From Clostridia bacterium (GTDB taxonomy: Bacteria; Bacillota; Clostridia; Oscillospirales; CAG-272), in assembly GCA_017398595.1 (NCBI GenBank), contig JAFQFR010000020.1, positions 9,196-73,195 of the forward strand: DNA of 64,000 bases, written 5' to 3'. The position numbers and the translations under genes were made by a program. Of the stretch, positions 37,701 to 44,587 are shown piece by piece; position 1 is the stretch's first letter; every line of letters begins with the position of its first letter. Below the pieces are notes generated by a model. That model saw only the letters and a program-made list of their open reading frames with translations. It was not told the origin of the DNA and made no database searches.

Positions 37701-38542
37701 TATGTCATATCACCGATAATACCACCGCCGATGCCTGCAGATAATATTTTACCCTCATTCCTGCAGTCTTCAATCACAGCTGTGCCGCCGCCCACAATTC
37801 CGGCTGCTCTTTCTGATGTGGCTTTTACGGTTGCCTTGTTGACGCAGTTTATAATGCTCCTTTTGGAAGCTGTTCCGCCGTCACTTGTGTAGCCGATAAT
37901 TCCGCCTACCCACGTGCTGCCAAGAATATATGAGTCATCCAAAGTGAGGTCTTTAATTGTAATCGCATTGGATAATGCAACAAATCCAACATACAGATCG
38001 GACGCGGTATCGGTTGACACAAGACCGCTTACGGTTTTGTTATTTCCGTCAAAAATTCCGCACATACGACTACGGCTGGCTCCGATAGGATTCCACTGCA
38101 AAAATGTGCCGGTGTTCAAATCGCCGTTAGCATCAAGAACATTTGTGTTGACGGTAATATCGTTTATCAGTACCGCATTGACTTTAACCTCGGTATATGC
38201 AAAATATTTGGTAGTTGTACCGATAGTTGCCTCATCAACACTCTTTGCAAACCAGTAAAGCTGACCTGCATTCTCGATCGCATAGTAGCCGCTATGCGAA
38301 GCATTTAACTCGGAGTGGTGTGTTTCACTCACCTGCTTCGCAGGCTGATAGTGTGTTGCATCTGCCGAGCAAAATCCGCTTGCATTATATGTTCCCGCAC
38401 AGTCTGTTGCGTCGCAAGGGGTGGTTGTGCTGCTTGCGGTTTCTGCACTTGCCGACAGCGTAAAGCCCGGCAGCATGCCCACCACCATGATGATAGCGAG
38501 CAGCATGCTCAGTATTCTTTTTGAAAATTTTGTTTTTGTCAT
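31772..38542 (-). CDS. Giant S-layer-homology-anchored surface protein (GLUG repeats, Listeria-Bacteroides repeats, beta-helix-like repeats, 3 C-terminal SLH domains)
   Basis: 2256 aa. Signal peptide MTKTKFSKRILSMLLAIIMVVGMLPGFTLSASA. GLUG-like GG(I/L)VG...I.NCYN.GDI repeats. YTVSFNANGG...F.GW repeats. The C-terminus has FEDVDQDTWYAEAIRWAASEGIVQGY and two further SLH units. Confidence 0.9.
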   Translation of the reverse strand: MTKTKFSKRILSMLLAIIMVVGMLPGFTLSASAETASSTTTPCDATDCAGTYNASGFCSADATHYQPAKQVSETHHSELNASHSGYYAIENAGQLYWFAKSVDEATIGTTTKYFAYTEVKVNAVLINDITVNTNVLDANGDLNTGTFLQWNPIGASRSRMCGIFDGNNKTVSGLVSTDTASDLYVGFVALSNAITIKDLTLDDSYILGSTWVGGIIGYTSDGGTASKRSIINCVNKATVKATSERAAGIVGGGTAVIEDCRNEGKILSAGIGGGIIGDMTYASTVKKCVNTGDIVWVSTNRNPLGGIVGRGSGTSSGDAVIENCYSLGDIIISGSNSSSNQVGGLVGSFAGSITNCYNYGDILVTGTISNWAFGNFAGYLSGTATNCYYNTTGASYGAVGDADYNGVTGKTAEEFASGEVCYLLNGSTSEGDDLVWYQTLKTHETPVFDGKVVYHDASATPQYFNEGGSDPKPTTYTVAVTASPAEGGTVTGSGTYEENASVTVTTTANDGYTFVKWTENDSAVSTDASYAFTASADRNLTAVFEAKAPATTYTVSFNANGGTGTMDDVPDVSGEYTLPANGFTAPTDKAFAGWALSADGEAITTTTVDVTENITLYAIWGEKYSLWVGGEQFNSAKLTITDANGGTATYDPDTNTLTLNNYTYEGKGYKNAAIYYGGDDGTQAKGDLIVYGIGTNQITGTGGKGIGAVGSVTVSGTMGDITGSSLGIYAEGSVTVSGTVDGDITGNDCGIFATGGVTISGTVGDITGSSQYGYGIYADSGVTFAENATVGKISGGLCGIFTNGMLTVSTPVEISGNTAAIAAYSGIGTDKVAVSEPADYVTGSFEAYGVYYTSIGTEDDYANFTPAKTVKYAVGYSVTVDDSITNGFVMADKNFAAAGVTVTVTVVPDGGYVPDTLTVKQGETPVTATKGEDGEYTFTMPAGNVTVTAVFKELTLDNAAASVTANGTTTLYADLESAVTALENASAEDNAVLKLLKDVTLYDFTVNSGVFTLDLNGKKVIDAEENGFSQFVAYSQLTIVDTAGDGVFQPYLAFNNTAKIEDGIFEGVVGAFSGTLNISGGTFKNVVTVQPDAACSITGGSFIVHPGEWVADGYGAVYNKETGYYDVVKDTGEYAVPKITSVTFNSDSSAYDADTKTFTVSTEHPLIITVKGENMTEFGPTDLLIFNSSGTCIPVAINFGKDTSYDINFNTNLVQAVFSVFEAYDLAADIVELDVAIGNSPTVSYYVVWEEKINVVLATEVEEEPYPEYPTYSGQSQALVTAGTAYSGVMQYALSNNGETAPTDGWSTDIPTATNAGTYYVWYKALGDNDESTPACVEATVEKVLLDVTADDLFAEVGDDCPTPTYTVTGFVNGETAETAGITGTPVLTYDETPDMSKEGYYFIEVNTDGMTADNYDFNPISGGLTVLEHVHVFDESGYTLGTTITENDTIFATCTKDNCPKDGKVALVQIVAPEDAVYTEGLWHTASLYGYTDQISLDSEDIVYSADPVNAGTYTASITYNGVTASVTYEVAKRPLTITADNKSVSVGGSAPEYTYTVTGWDESYDEEDGPKVSGITAVCADADLTAEGTYTITISGTPVVKDSEETDVSDNYTFTLQDGTLTVSPNTYTVSFNANGGAAIDPITVTFGEKYGKLPSSAITGLSGGDSNWYLVDESGNVTDTKISKLTVVETAGDHTLFVQRKVLAPTVKITLEVPGAISDTYQYYVPGNSTRILTATVSNRNDEVLDYSYQWYKDGTPIDGATDAVLRLDGNVSDGGTYKVAVTASLKDNVGITVTESVAVGEKAQNVKILHAANTLSYDANGGENAPGSHYTGGVTITVSSNQPSRVYHTFAGWNTKADGSGDSYSGGDTFTFADDNGNGGCEVTLYVQWTADTYSVTLVTNGGTVRDGNVTEYTYGIGATLPTNVKRSGYSFDGWYDNEACTGTPVTEITASDTGAKTFYAKWTRVYVSSNTSTTTTYPPTVDSGDNGDVTVTPAKPEKGDTVTVTPAPDTGYEVDEIIVTDKNGDPVTVTDKGDGTYSFKQPTGKVNIKVTFKATVKVCPRDNTCPMYGYTDLDRSEWYHDGVHYCLDNGLMVGCSDDLFMPGAETTRAMFVTMLWRFEGSPVVNYLMRFEDVDQDTWYAEAIRWAASEGIVQGYDATTFAPDDSITREQMATMLYRYIQKNGGGFTGMWMFLLDYTDRAEISDWAYESVCYMTMHGLMQGKDNKVFDPSSNATRAEVATLFQRYCVNLEK

Positions 38543-38688
38543 AGTACCAAATCTCCTATGGGGATCATTTCTTAGTGATAGACTTGTTCACACGCCCTAT
38601 AGGGCTTTTTTCTTTTTTTCATTCATATTTATATACTCCTATATTGCGACCAAAGAGGAGACCCCTTTGTGCCGTGGTTTACCTATAT

Positions 38689-39372
38689 TTAAAGTTCGCC
38701 TTCCAGATAGGCAAACATATCTTCTACCGTCTGCTTTGCGATCGCGGGGTAATCAAACTGCCCTACAAAGGCGATCGCTTCCTCTATTTTTTCCTCGGGG
38801 ATCCTGTACACCCGCAGACTCGTCTCCAAAAAGCGGTGTACCTTTCGCTCTATGGTAAAATACATATCGCACGGCAGTACCATATATTCGCGGATAATGC
38901 CGCCCGTGGCAAGTTCGAGTTCAAAAAAGTCCTTAGTATCAAAGTCCGGCAGATACTCCCGAAAGATCACCTGCACCAGCTTTTCCGTAACCGCACTGTG
39001 GATCATCGCCGCACTCTGCGGCATGGAATATGCCGCGCCATACAGGCTGCGGATCGCCTCGTCGCTCTCCGCAAGATAAAGCTGCAATGTGGTCTCTGCG
39101 GCGTAGTACAGCACGGGGTCCTCTGTCACGCCTGCAAGCATCTTTTTGGCAGCGGAAAACTGCCTGTCAAGCACGAAGCCGACCAACTCGCACAGGATCT
39201 GTTCCTTACTGCCGAAGGAACGGTTCATTGCGCTGATATGGACGCCCGCGGCGTCCGCGATCTCCCGCGTGGAAGACCTTTCATACCCCTTTTCCAAAAA
39301 CAGTTTTGCCGCCGCGTGCAGTACCCGGGAATGAAATACTGCGCGTTCTTGTTCGGATTTTACATTCGCCAT
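38689..39372 (-). CDS. TetR/AcrR-family transcriptional regulator
   Basis: 227 aa with the N-terminal HTH AAAKLFLEKGYERSSTREIADAAGVHISAMNRSFGSKEQIL. Confidence 0.9.
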   Translation of the reverse strand: MANVKSEQERAVFHSRVLHAAAKLFLEKGYERSSTREIADAAGVHISAMNRSFGSKEQILCELVGFVLDRQFSAAKKMLAGVTEDPVLYYAAETTLQLYLAESDEAIRSLYGAAYSMPQSAAMIHSAVTEKLVQVIFREYLPDFDTKDFFELELATGGIIREYMVLPCDMYFTIERKVHRFLETSLRVYRIPEEKIEEAIAFVGQFDYPAIAKQTVEDMFAYLEGEL

Positions 39373-39546
39373 GGCTGCCCTCCTGTGGTTGTGAGAACCG
39401 CAAACCGAATCGCGGTTCTTTTTGGGTATATTTTACCATGCCGCCTATTTTATATCAATAGATTCTGCAAAAAACCGTCTTGAAAAATAAAAAGTTTTAT
39501 TGATAATTCCGACCGCGATGCGCATACTACTTTCGGGGGTGACAAC

Positions 39547-40863
39547 ATGCAATCTGTTTGGGCGGAAGTCACAATGCCGCGATTTACGGCGCTCGACGGC
39601 GATATTCGCACCGATGTGCTGATCGTCGGCGGCGGTATTGCGGGGATCCTTACGGCATATTCCCTTTGCAGCCGCGGAGTGGACTGCGTCATTGCCGAGG
39701 CGGGGACCATCTGCGGCGGAGTCACGCAAAATACCACGGCGAAGATCACTGCACAGCACGGCTTTCTCTACGACAAGCTGATCCGCACCCACGGTGTGGA
39801 AACAGCGGGTCTGTATCTGCGTGCCAACGAAGAAGCGCTCGAGCGATACCGCCGCCTTTGCGCGTCGATCCCATGCGAGTTTGCGCAAAAGGACGCTTTT
39901 GCTTACTCGCTGCACGATGCGCGCAAGGTCGAGCGGGAGCTGCGCGCGCTGGAGCGGCTCGGCTATGGTGCAAAAGCGGCAGACTGCGCGGCGCTTCCCT
40001 TTACGGTGGCGGGCGCGGTATGCTTTCCCCGGCAGGCGCAGTTTCACCCCCTGCGATTTCTGAAAGAGATCGCAAAAGAGCTGACCATCTACGAGCACAC
40101 CGAGGTCACCGAGCTTGCAGACGGCGTCGCACGCACGCCGCGCGGCAGCATCCGTGCCGAAAAGATCATTATTGCAACGCACTTCCCCATTCTCAACAAG
40201 CACGGCAGTTACTTCTTAAAGCTGTATCAGCAGCGCGCGTATGTAACCGCCGTTCGCGACGGCGCGGATGTCGGCGGCATGTATATCGACGGCGACGGCG
40301 GGCTATCATGGCGCAACAGCGGTGATCTGCTCCTGATCGGCAGCGGCAGTGGGCGCACCGGTAAGCAGAGCCGCGGCTGGCAAGATGCAGAGGAAGCCGC
40401 ACGGCGGTATTATCCCAAAGCGACGATCGCCTATCAGTGGGCAACGCAGGATTGCATGACGCTGGACGGCATCCCCTACGTCGGGCAGTACTCTGCCCGC
40501 ACGCCGAACCTGTATGTTGCAACCGGGTTCAACAAATGGGGGATGACGTCGGCAATGGCGGCGGCAGAACTGCTCGCCGACCTTGTCTGCGGCAAGCAAA
40601 ACGAGTATGCGGCGGTATTTTCGCCGTCGCGCTCGATCCTGCACCCACAGCTTGCCGTCAACGCTATCGGCGCGGTGGCAAATCTGCTGCGCCCGACGGT
40701 GCCGCGATGCCCGCATCTCGGCTGTGCTCTGCGGTGGAACCCGCGTGAGCACTCCTGGGACTGCCCCTGTCACGGCTCCCGCTTTGACCGTGACGGCAGG
40801 CTGCTGAACAATCCCGCGACGGGAGATCTGAAGAAAAAGCCGCCGAAGCACAAAAAGCATTGA
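39547..40863 (+). CDS. FAD-dependent oxidoreductase fused to a C-terminal Rieske [2Fe-2S] domain
   Basis: 438 aa with the dinucleotide fold DVLIVGGGIAGILTAYSL and the Rieske motif CPHLGCALRW...CPCHGSRF. Confidence 0.85.
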   Translation: MQSVWAEVTMPRFTALDGDIRTDVLIVGGGIAGILTAYSLCSRGVDCVIAEAGTICGGVTQNTTAKITAQHGFLYDKLIRTHGVETAGLYLRANEEALERYRRLCASIPCEFAQKDAFAYSLHDARKVERELRALERLGYGAKAADCAALPFTVAGAVCFPRQAQFHPLRFLKEIAKELTIYEHTEVTELADGVARTPRGSIRAEKIIIATHFPILNKHGSYFLKLYQQRAYVTAVRDGADVGGMYIDGDGGLSWRNSGDLLLIGSGSGRTGKQSRGWQDAEEAARRYYPKATIAYQWATQDCMTLDGIPYVGQYSARTPNLYVATGFNKWGMTSAMAAAELLADLVCGKQNEYAAVFSPSRSILHPQLAVNAIGAVANLLRPTVPRCPHLGCALRWNPREHSWDCPCHGSRFDRDGRLLNNPATGDLKKKPPKHKKH

Positions 40864-40918
40864 AAAGCGGCGGAAAATGTGGTACACTGAGGATAGTTTT
40901 CTATCGGAGGGTTCCACA

Positions 40919-41878
40919 TTGAAACGATTTCTTTTGATTTTGGCAGCCTGTTCGGCGGTGCTGCTTGCTTCGTGTGACAAAGAAGCAAAGGCACCCGAGC
41001 TGAAACCGGGTGAAGTCTCCGCCGAAACCACAGCGGCAGACGCAAACGGTGATGCATCGGGCACGATCGTGATCGAGGATGAACGCATCACGATCACTTC
41101 CCTTGAAAACTGGCAGGCATTTAACCACGACGGCAATTTTTCGGACAACTGCCTGGAGTTTTTGCGCAACTTCATCCAAAACGACTCGGAATATTTCGAG
41201 TTTAACACCGTACACCTTGGCGAGTGGGAGATCATTCGCGACCCCGAGATCTACGGCTTCGACCTCGCGTTTAACTTTACGGTGACGGCATCCGAGCTTG
41301 ACACCATCCCCGTCGGCAACTATCAAACGATCGTGACCGACGCTGTAGACTGCACCATGCAGTTTGTACAGTCGCCGCGTGTGGAAAGCACGGTCACAGC
41401 ACCCGTTTCCGCGGCAACGGAGACGGTCTCGGCATGGCTGACCATCACGCTTTGTTACGATTTCTGCGACTACGGCAAGTGGGAAAGCGATCCGTTCAAG
41501 CATTATCTGTGTACACGCTACGCGGATGCGTCGGGCAAGCTGCTGTATGCCGATTTTGAGACGCTGGCAAAAGAAAAATTCGGCGCCGACGTCCAAAAAG
41601 AGGATTATTTATCGAATGCGCAATTGTATATCGAAAATAACAAGCTGTATATCCAATCGGAGGGCGGCAACATGGAGCCCTGCTTTGACATTGTGAGTGA
41701 AACGGTCGCGGACGGTGTTTCCACGGTCACGGTACAATTCTACGCCGACTGCAACAAGTTTTTGCAGTCGTACAAGGCAGCATACCGCATTGACAGCGCA
41801 GATCGGTTCCTCGGCTGTGAGATCTTAGAAGTCTCGCCGTACAAACCGTACTGTCTGCATTCGGTATATGGAAACTAA
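40919..41878 (+). CDS. Lipoprotein of unknown function
   Basis: In-frame TTG at 40919, 7 nt after GGAGGG (40906-40911). Lipobox in KRFLLILAACSAVLLASC. I recognised no other motif. Confidence 0.65.
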   Translation: MKRFLLILAACSAVLLASCDKEAKAPELKPGEVSAETTAADANGDASGTIVIEDERITITSLENWQAFNHDGNFSDNCLEFLRNFIQNDSEYFEFNTVHLGEWEIIRDPEIYGFDLAFNFTVTASELDTIPVGNYQTIVTDAVDCTMQFVQSPRVESTVTAPVSAATETVSAWLTITLCYDFCDYGKWESDPFKHYLCTRYADASGKLLYADFETLAKEKFGADVQKEDYLSNAQLYIENNKLYIQSEGGNMEPCFDIVSETVADGVSTVTVQFYADCNKFLQSYKAAYRIDSADRFLGCEILEVSPYKPYCLHSVYGN

Positions 41879-41886
41879 ATGAAGAT

Positions 41887-41921
41887 AAAAACAGCCGAGA
41901 GCCCGGGCTCTCGGCTGTTTT
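41887..41921. terminator. Bidirectional terminator between convergent genes
   Basis: aaaacagccgagagcccgggctctcggctgttttt. Confidence 0.8.
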
Positions 41922-41933
41922 TATGTACTTGGC

Positions 41934-42899
41934 TTAGTTCTTTTTCTTTTTGAGAACGATTACAACGATTGCAACGACTACAACGATCGCAGTAACAATG
42001 CCGATGATGAGACCGACATTAGAGCCGCCCTCCTCTGCGGGAGCGGTAGATGCTGCGGGAGCAGTCGTGGTGGGCGCAGCGGGCGCTGCGGTTGTAACTG
42101 CGGGAGCCTCTGTCGTCTCCACGGGTGCTTCGGTGGTTTCTGCGGGAGCAGCCGTCGTAGTTACAGCGGGAGCTGCGGTAGTCTCTGCGGGAGCAGCGGT
42201 GGTAACTACAGCAGGTGCTGCGGTCGTAACCACGGGAGCCTCGGTCGTAACAACAGGTGCGTTGGTTACAGCGGGAGCATTCTCATCGCCGTAGGTCAGC
42301 ACAGTACCGCCGAGGTTCTCGATGGTGAAGGTCTCTTGTGCAGCCTTGGAAAGGATCGCAGTGCCGCCGAGCTCAACGACGATCTTGTAGTGATAGTCAT
42401 TGCCGGGCTTGGTCTGCAGAATAACCGAATCCGTTACGGTAAGCGTCGTACCGAGACCGACCTTGATGGTGTTCTGATTGTTCTCCTGGAACAGAATGAT
42501 GTCATCAAAAACAACATTGCTCTGGAGCGTCAGCGTTGCACCGGTCGCCATCTTGAATGCGCAGGCAGGGTTCTCTGCGGGTTCGGGATTCTTGTAGTCA
42601 ACGCCGTTGTACACGCTGGTGATGGTCAGCGTATCGGACATTGCGGGCATGGTGTAGCTTGCGCCGAGATATGCTTTACCAACGGCAACAAGCGTACCGC
42701 CGTTTTGCAGCAGACTCATAACGCCGGCATCCTCAAAAGTCTTCCAGGACTTCTTGGGCGTATCGGGCGTCAGACCGTCATACGCGTCGTTTCCGCCCCA
42801 GCTGACATATGCAACCGTTTCATCCGCAGCAAACGCGGTCAGCGAAAAAGTGCACAACAAAAGCAGAGCTGCAAGCATAACAGAAAGAATTTTTTTCAT
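41934..42899 (-). CDS. Secreted, membrane-tethered protein C (short beta-helix-like domain, T/A/P stalk, TM helix and KKKKN)
   Basis: Start trimmed to ATG 42899 (MKKILSVMLAALLLLCTFSLTAFA, GGAGG RBS). Tail is EEGGSNVGLIIGIVTAIVVVVAIVVIVLKKKKN. Confidence 0.85.
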   Translation of the reverse strand: MKKILSVMLAALLLLCTFSLTAFAADETVAYVSWGGNDAYDGLTPDTPKKSWKTFEDAGVMSLLQNGGTLVAVGKAYLGASYTMPAMSDTLTITSVYNGVDYKNPEPAENPACAFKMATGATLTLQSNVVFDDIILFQENNQNTIKVGLGTTLTVTDSVILQTKPGNDYHYKIVVELGGTAILSKAAQETFTIENLGGTVLTYGDENAPAVTNAPVVTTEAPVVTTAAPAVVTTAAPAETTAAPAVTTTAAPAETTEAPVETTEAPAVTTAAPAAPTTTAPAASTAPAEEGGSNVGLIIGIVTAIVVVVAIVVIVLKKKKN

Positions 42900-42970
42900 A
42901 CGTACCTCCTTGATCATAGGCAAATCTGCCAATATCAATTTTATTATAATATAAGGAAAAAACCGAATCA

Positions 42971-43012
42971 ATGAAAAAACCACTGCAACGATGTGCAGTG
43001 GTTTTTTCATTT
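42971..43012. repeat. 42-bp direct repeat, left copy (terminator-hairpin sequence)
   Basis: atgaaaaaaccactgcaacgatgtgcagtggttttttcattt is identical to 43166-43207. Confidence 0.9.
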
Positions 43013-43015
43013 AAG

Positions 43016-43151
43016 GCTGTCGAAAACCAAGGGTTTTCGACAGGATACAAAACCGCAAGTCTCGCGACGCCCTCACCGGGCGCGGTTTTCAAGGAGTTTT
43101 AAAGCCGGCGCATGTCCGTCTTTAAAACAAGATTTTTATTATAAATACTTT
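43016..43151 (-). repeat. Structured intergenic repeat, copy B (inverted relative to copy A)
   Basis: Its reverse complement aligns with 31570-31725 and has the same three stems. Confidence 0.85.
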
Positions 43152-43165
43152 TTTGACAAGCTGTA

Positions 43166-43207
43166 ATGAAAAAACCACTGCAACGATGTGCAGTGGTTTT
43201 TTCATTT
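43166..43207 (-). terminator. Terminator of protein E gene; also the right copy of the 42-bp direct repeat
   Basis: aaaaaaccactgca-acga-tgtgcagtggtttttt lies 7 nt after the stop of the 43214-44551 gene. Confidence 0.8.
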
Positions 43208-43213
43208 GGCTTA

Positions 43214-44551
43214 TTACTTGGTGATGGTTGCGGTGGAAGTTGCGCCGTCCCATGCTACGGTGCCGCCGAGGGTTTCAGCGACAAAACGTACGGGCATGTA
43301 AGTGCGATCATTTTCGATGAACGCGGGGGAATCGAGTGCTACGCTCTTGCCGTTTACGGTTGCATTTGCCGCACCGACCGTAATCTTGATCTCGGTGTCA
43401 GCCGTTTTGAGCGTTGCAGTGGAGGTTGCACCGTCCCAAGCGATCTCAGCACCGAGAGCCTCGGCTACATAACGTACAGGAAGCATGGTGCGCTCGTTGC
43501 GGATGATGGGAGCAACGTCCATGGTCTTGGTTTCGCCGTTGAGCGTGTAGGTGGTCTTGCCAAGCGTCATCTTGAGTTCCACTGCAGGACCGGTGGGAAT
43601 CTCGTCAACATAGTTTACCTTGTCGAAGAAGAGAGAAATGATCTTTGCATCTACGTTGGGAGTAGCATACAAAGTAGCCGTACCGTCAACTACGAATTCA
43701 GCAATAGCTGCTTCCACGCTCTTGGATGCATTGCCTACTGCACCGCCGGAGAAGTTAACGGTAGTCTTGCCCATTACGTTGTTCAGCACGAGACCGCCGA
43801 TCGTACCACCGGTGATGTTTACAACGCAGTTACCGTTCAGACGACGGGTGCCGTCTCCGCCGGTATAAACATTGGTAATGTTGCCGCCCTTGATATTGAT
43901 CTCTCCATGGCCGCCATAGTTGCCGTTAACGCACGCGCCGTAAACAGATCCGATTTCGCCACCCTCAACAGTGATATGTGAGGTACCGGTGAACTCGTAA
44001 TCACCTGCGCTGCGGCTGTGACCTGCGATCAGATAATAGTTACCGCTCTTGATCGTAACATCCGAATCCTTGTCAAATACCGCCGCATCGTCAAGAGGCA
44101 ACTGATAACCACCAACGATATACGCCTTGGTGCCGGCGTCAATGATGCCTTCGCCCATGATCAGCTTGTTGTAGCGTGCAACGATCAAGTGGGTAGTGCC
44201 TGCCGCATACGAGAAGGTAATATTCTCAAACGTGGTGGAACCGGGACCGCTGAGGAACCAGCGATTGTACTTTCCGTGTGAGAACACATACTTGCCGCCG
44301 GTGATCACGATGTTGCCGACATGCTCGGGCTCGTAATACTCTTCTGCGCAGGTATACGTATCTACGATGATGACTTTACCGCCGTCTGTAGCGATCTTAT
44401 TGATCGCTTCGGTCATGTTGCCAAGGGGCTTGTCAGCCGCAGAGCCGTCACCGGTACCGCCGTCATTGACATACACGTCTGCTGCGGATGCCGCTACTGC
44501 GAGCATAACGCAAAGAATCGCTGCGAGGAAAATGCCAAGATACTTTTTCAT
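43214..44551 (-). CDS. Secreted beta-helix-like protein E with two C-terminal copper-amine-oxidase-N-terminal-like (stalk) domains
   Basis: Start trimmed to ATG 44551 ([23 protein letters not shown]). The N-terminal 330 aa are paralogous to protein D. The C-terminus has TLNGETKTMDVAPIIRNERTMLPVRYVAEALGAEIAWDG and a second similar unit. Confidence 0.85.
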   Translation of the reverse strand: MKKYLGIFLAAILCVMLAVAASAADVYVNDGGTGDGSAADKPLGNMTEAINKIATDGGKVIIVDTYTCAEEYYEPEHVGNIVITGGKYVFSHGKYNRWFLSGPGSTTFENITFSYAAGTTHLIVARYNKLIMGEGIIDAGTKAYIVGGYQLPLDDAAVFDKDSDVTIKSGNYYLIAGHSRSAGDYEFTGTSHITVEGGEIGSVYGACVNGNYGGHGEINIKGGNITNVYTGGDGTRRLNGNCVVNITGGTIGGLVLNNVMGKTTVNFSGGAVGNASKSVEAAIAEFVVDGTATLYATPNVDAKIISLFFDKVNYVDEIPTGPAVELKMTLGKTTYTLNGETKTMDVAPIIRNERTMLPVRYVAEALGAEIAWDGATSTATLKTADTEIKITVGAANATVNGKSVALDSPAFIENDRTYMPVRFVAETLGGTVAWDGATSTATITK

Positions 44552-44587
44552 AGGAACCTCCAAATATAAAATTTTTGAAATAAAAAA

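Noticed and set aside
38590-38630. The palindrome gccctatagggc followed by a T run, between TetR and the giant gene, considered as a terminator.
   Set aside because: The stem is only 4-5 bp once a loop is allowed. The T run is on the plus strand while both flanking genes are on the minus strand, so it is not convincing.
42971-43207. ORF starts MKKPLHIVAVVFS (43010, minus strand) and MKKPLQRCAVVFS (43166, plus strand).
   Set aside because: Both arise from reading through the duplicated terminator hairpin. The real protein C start is ATG 42899, which has an RBS and a signal peptide.
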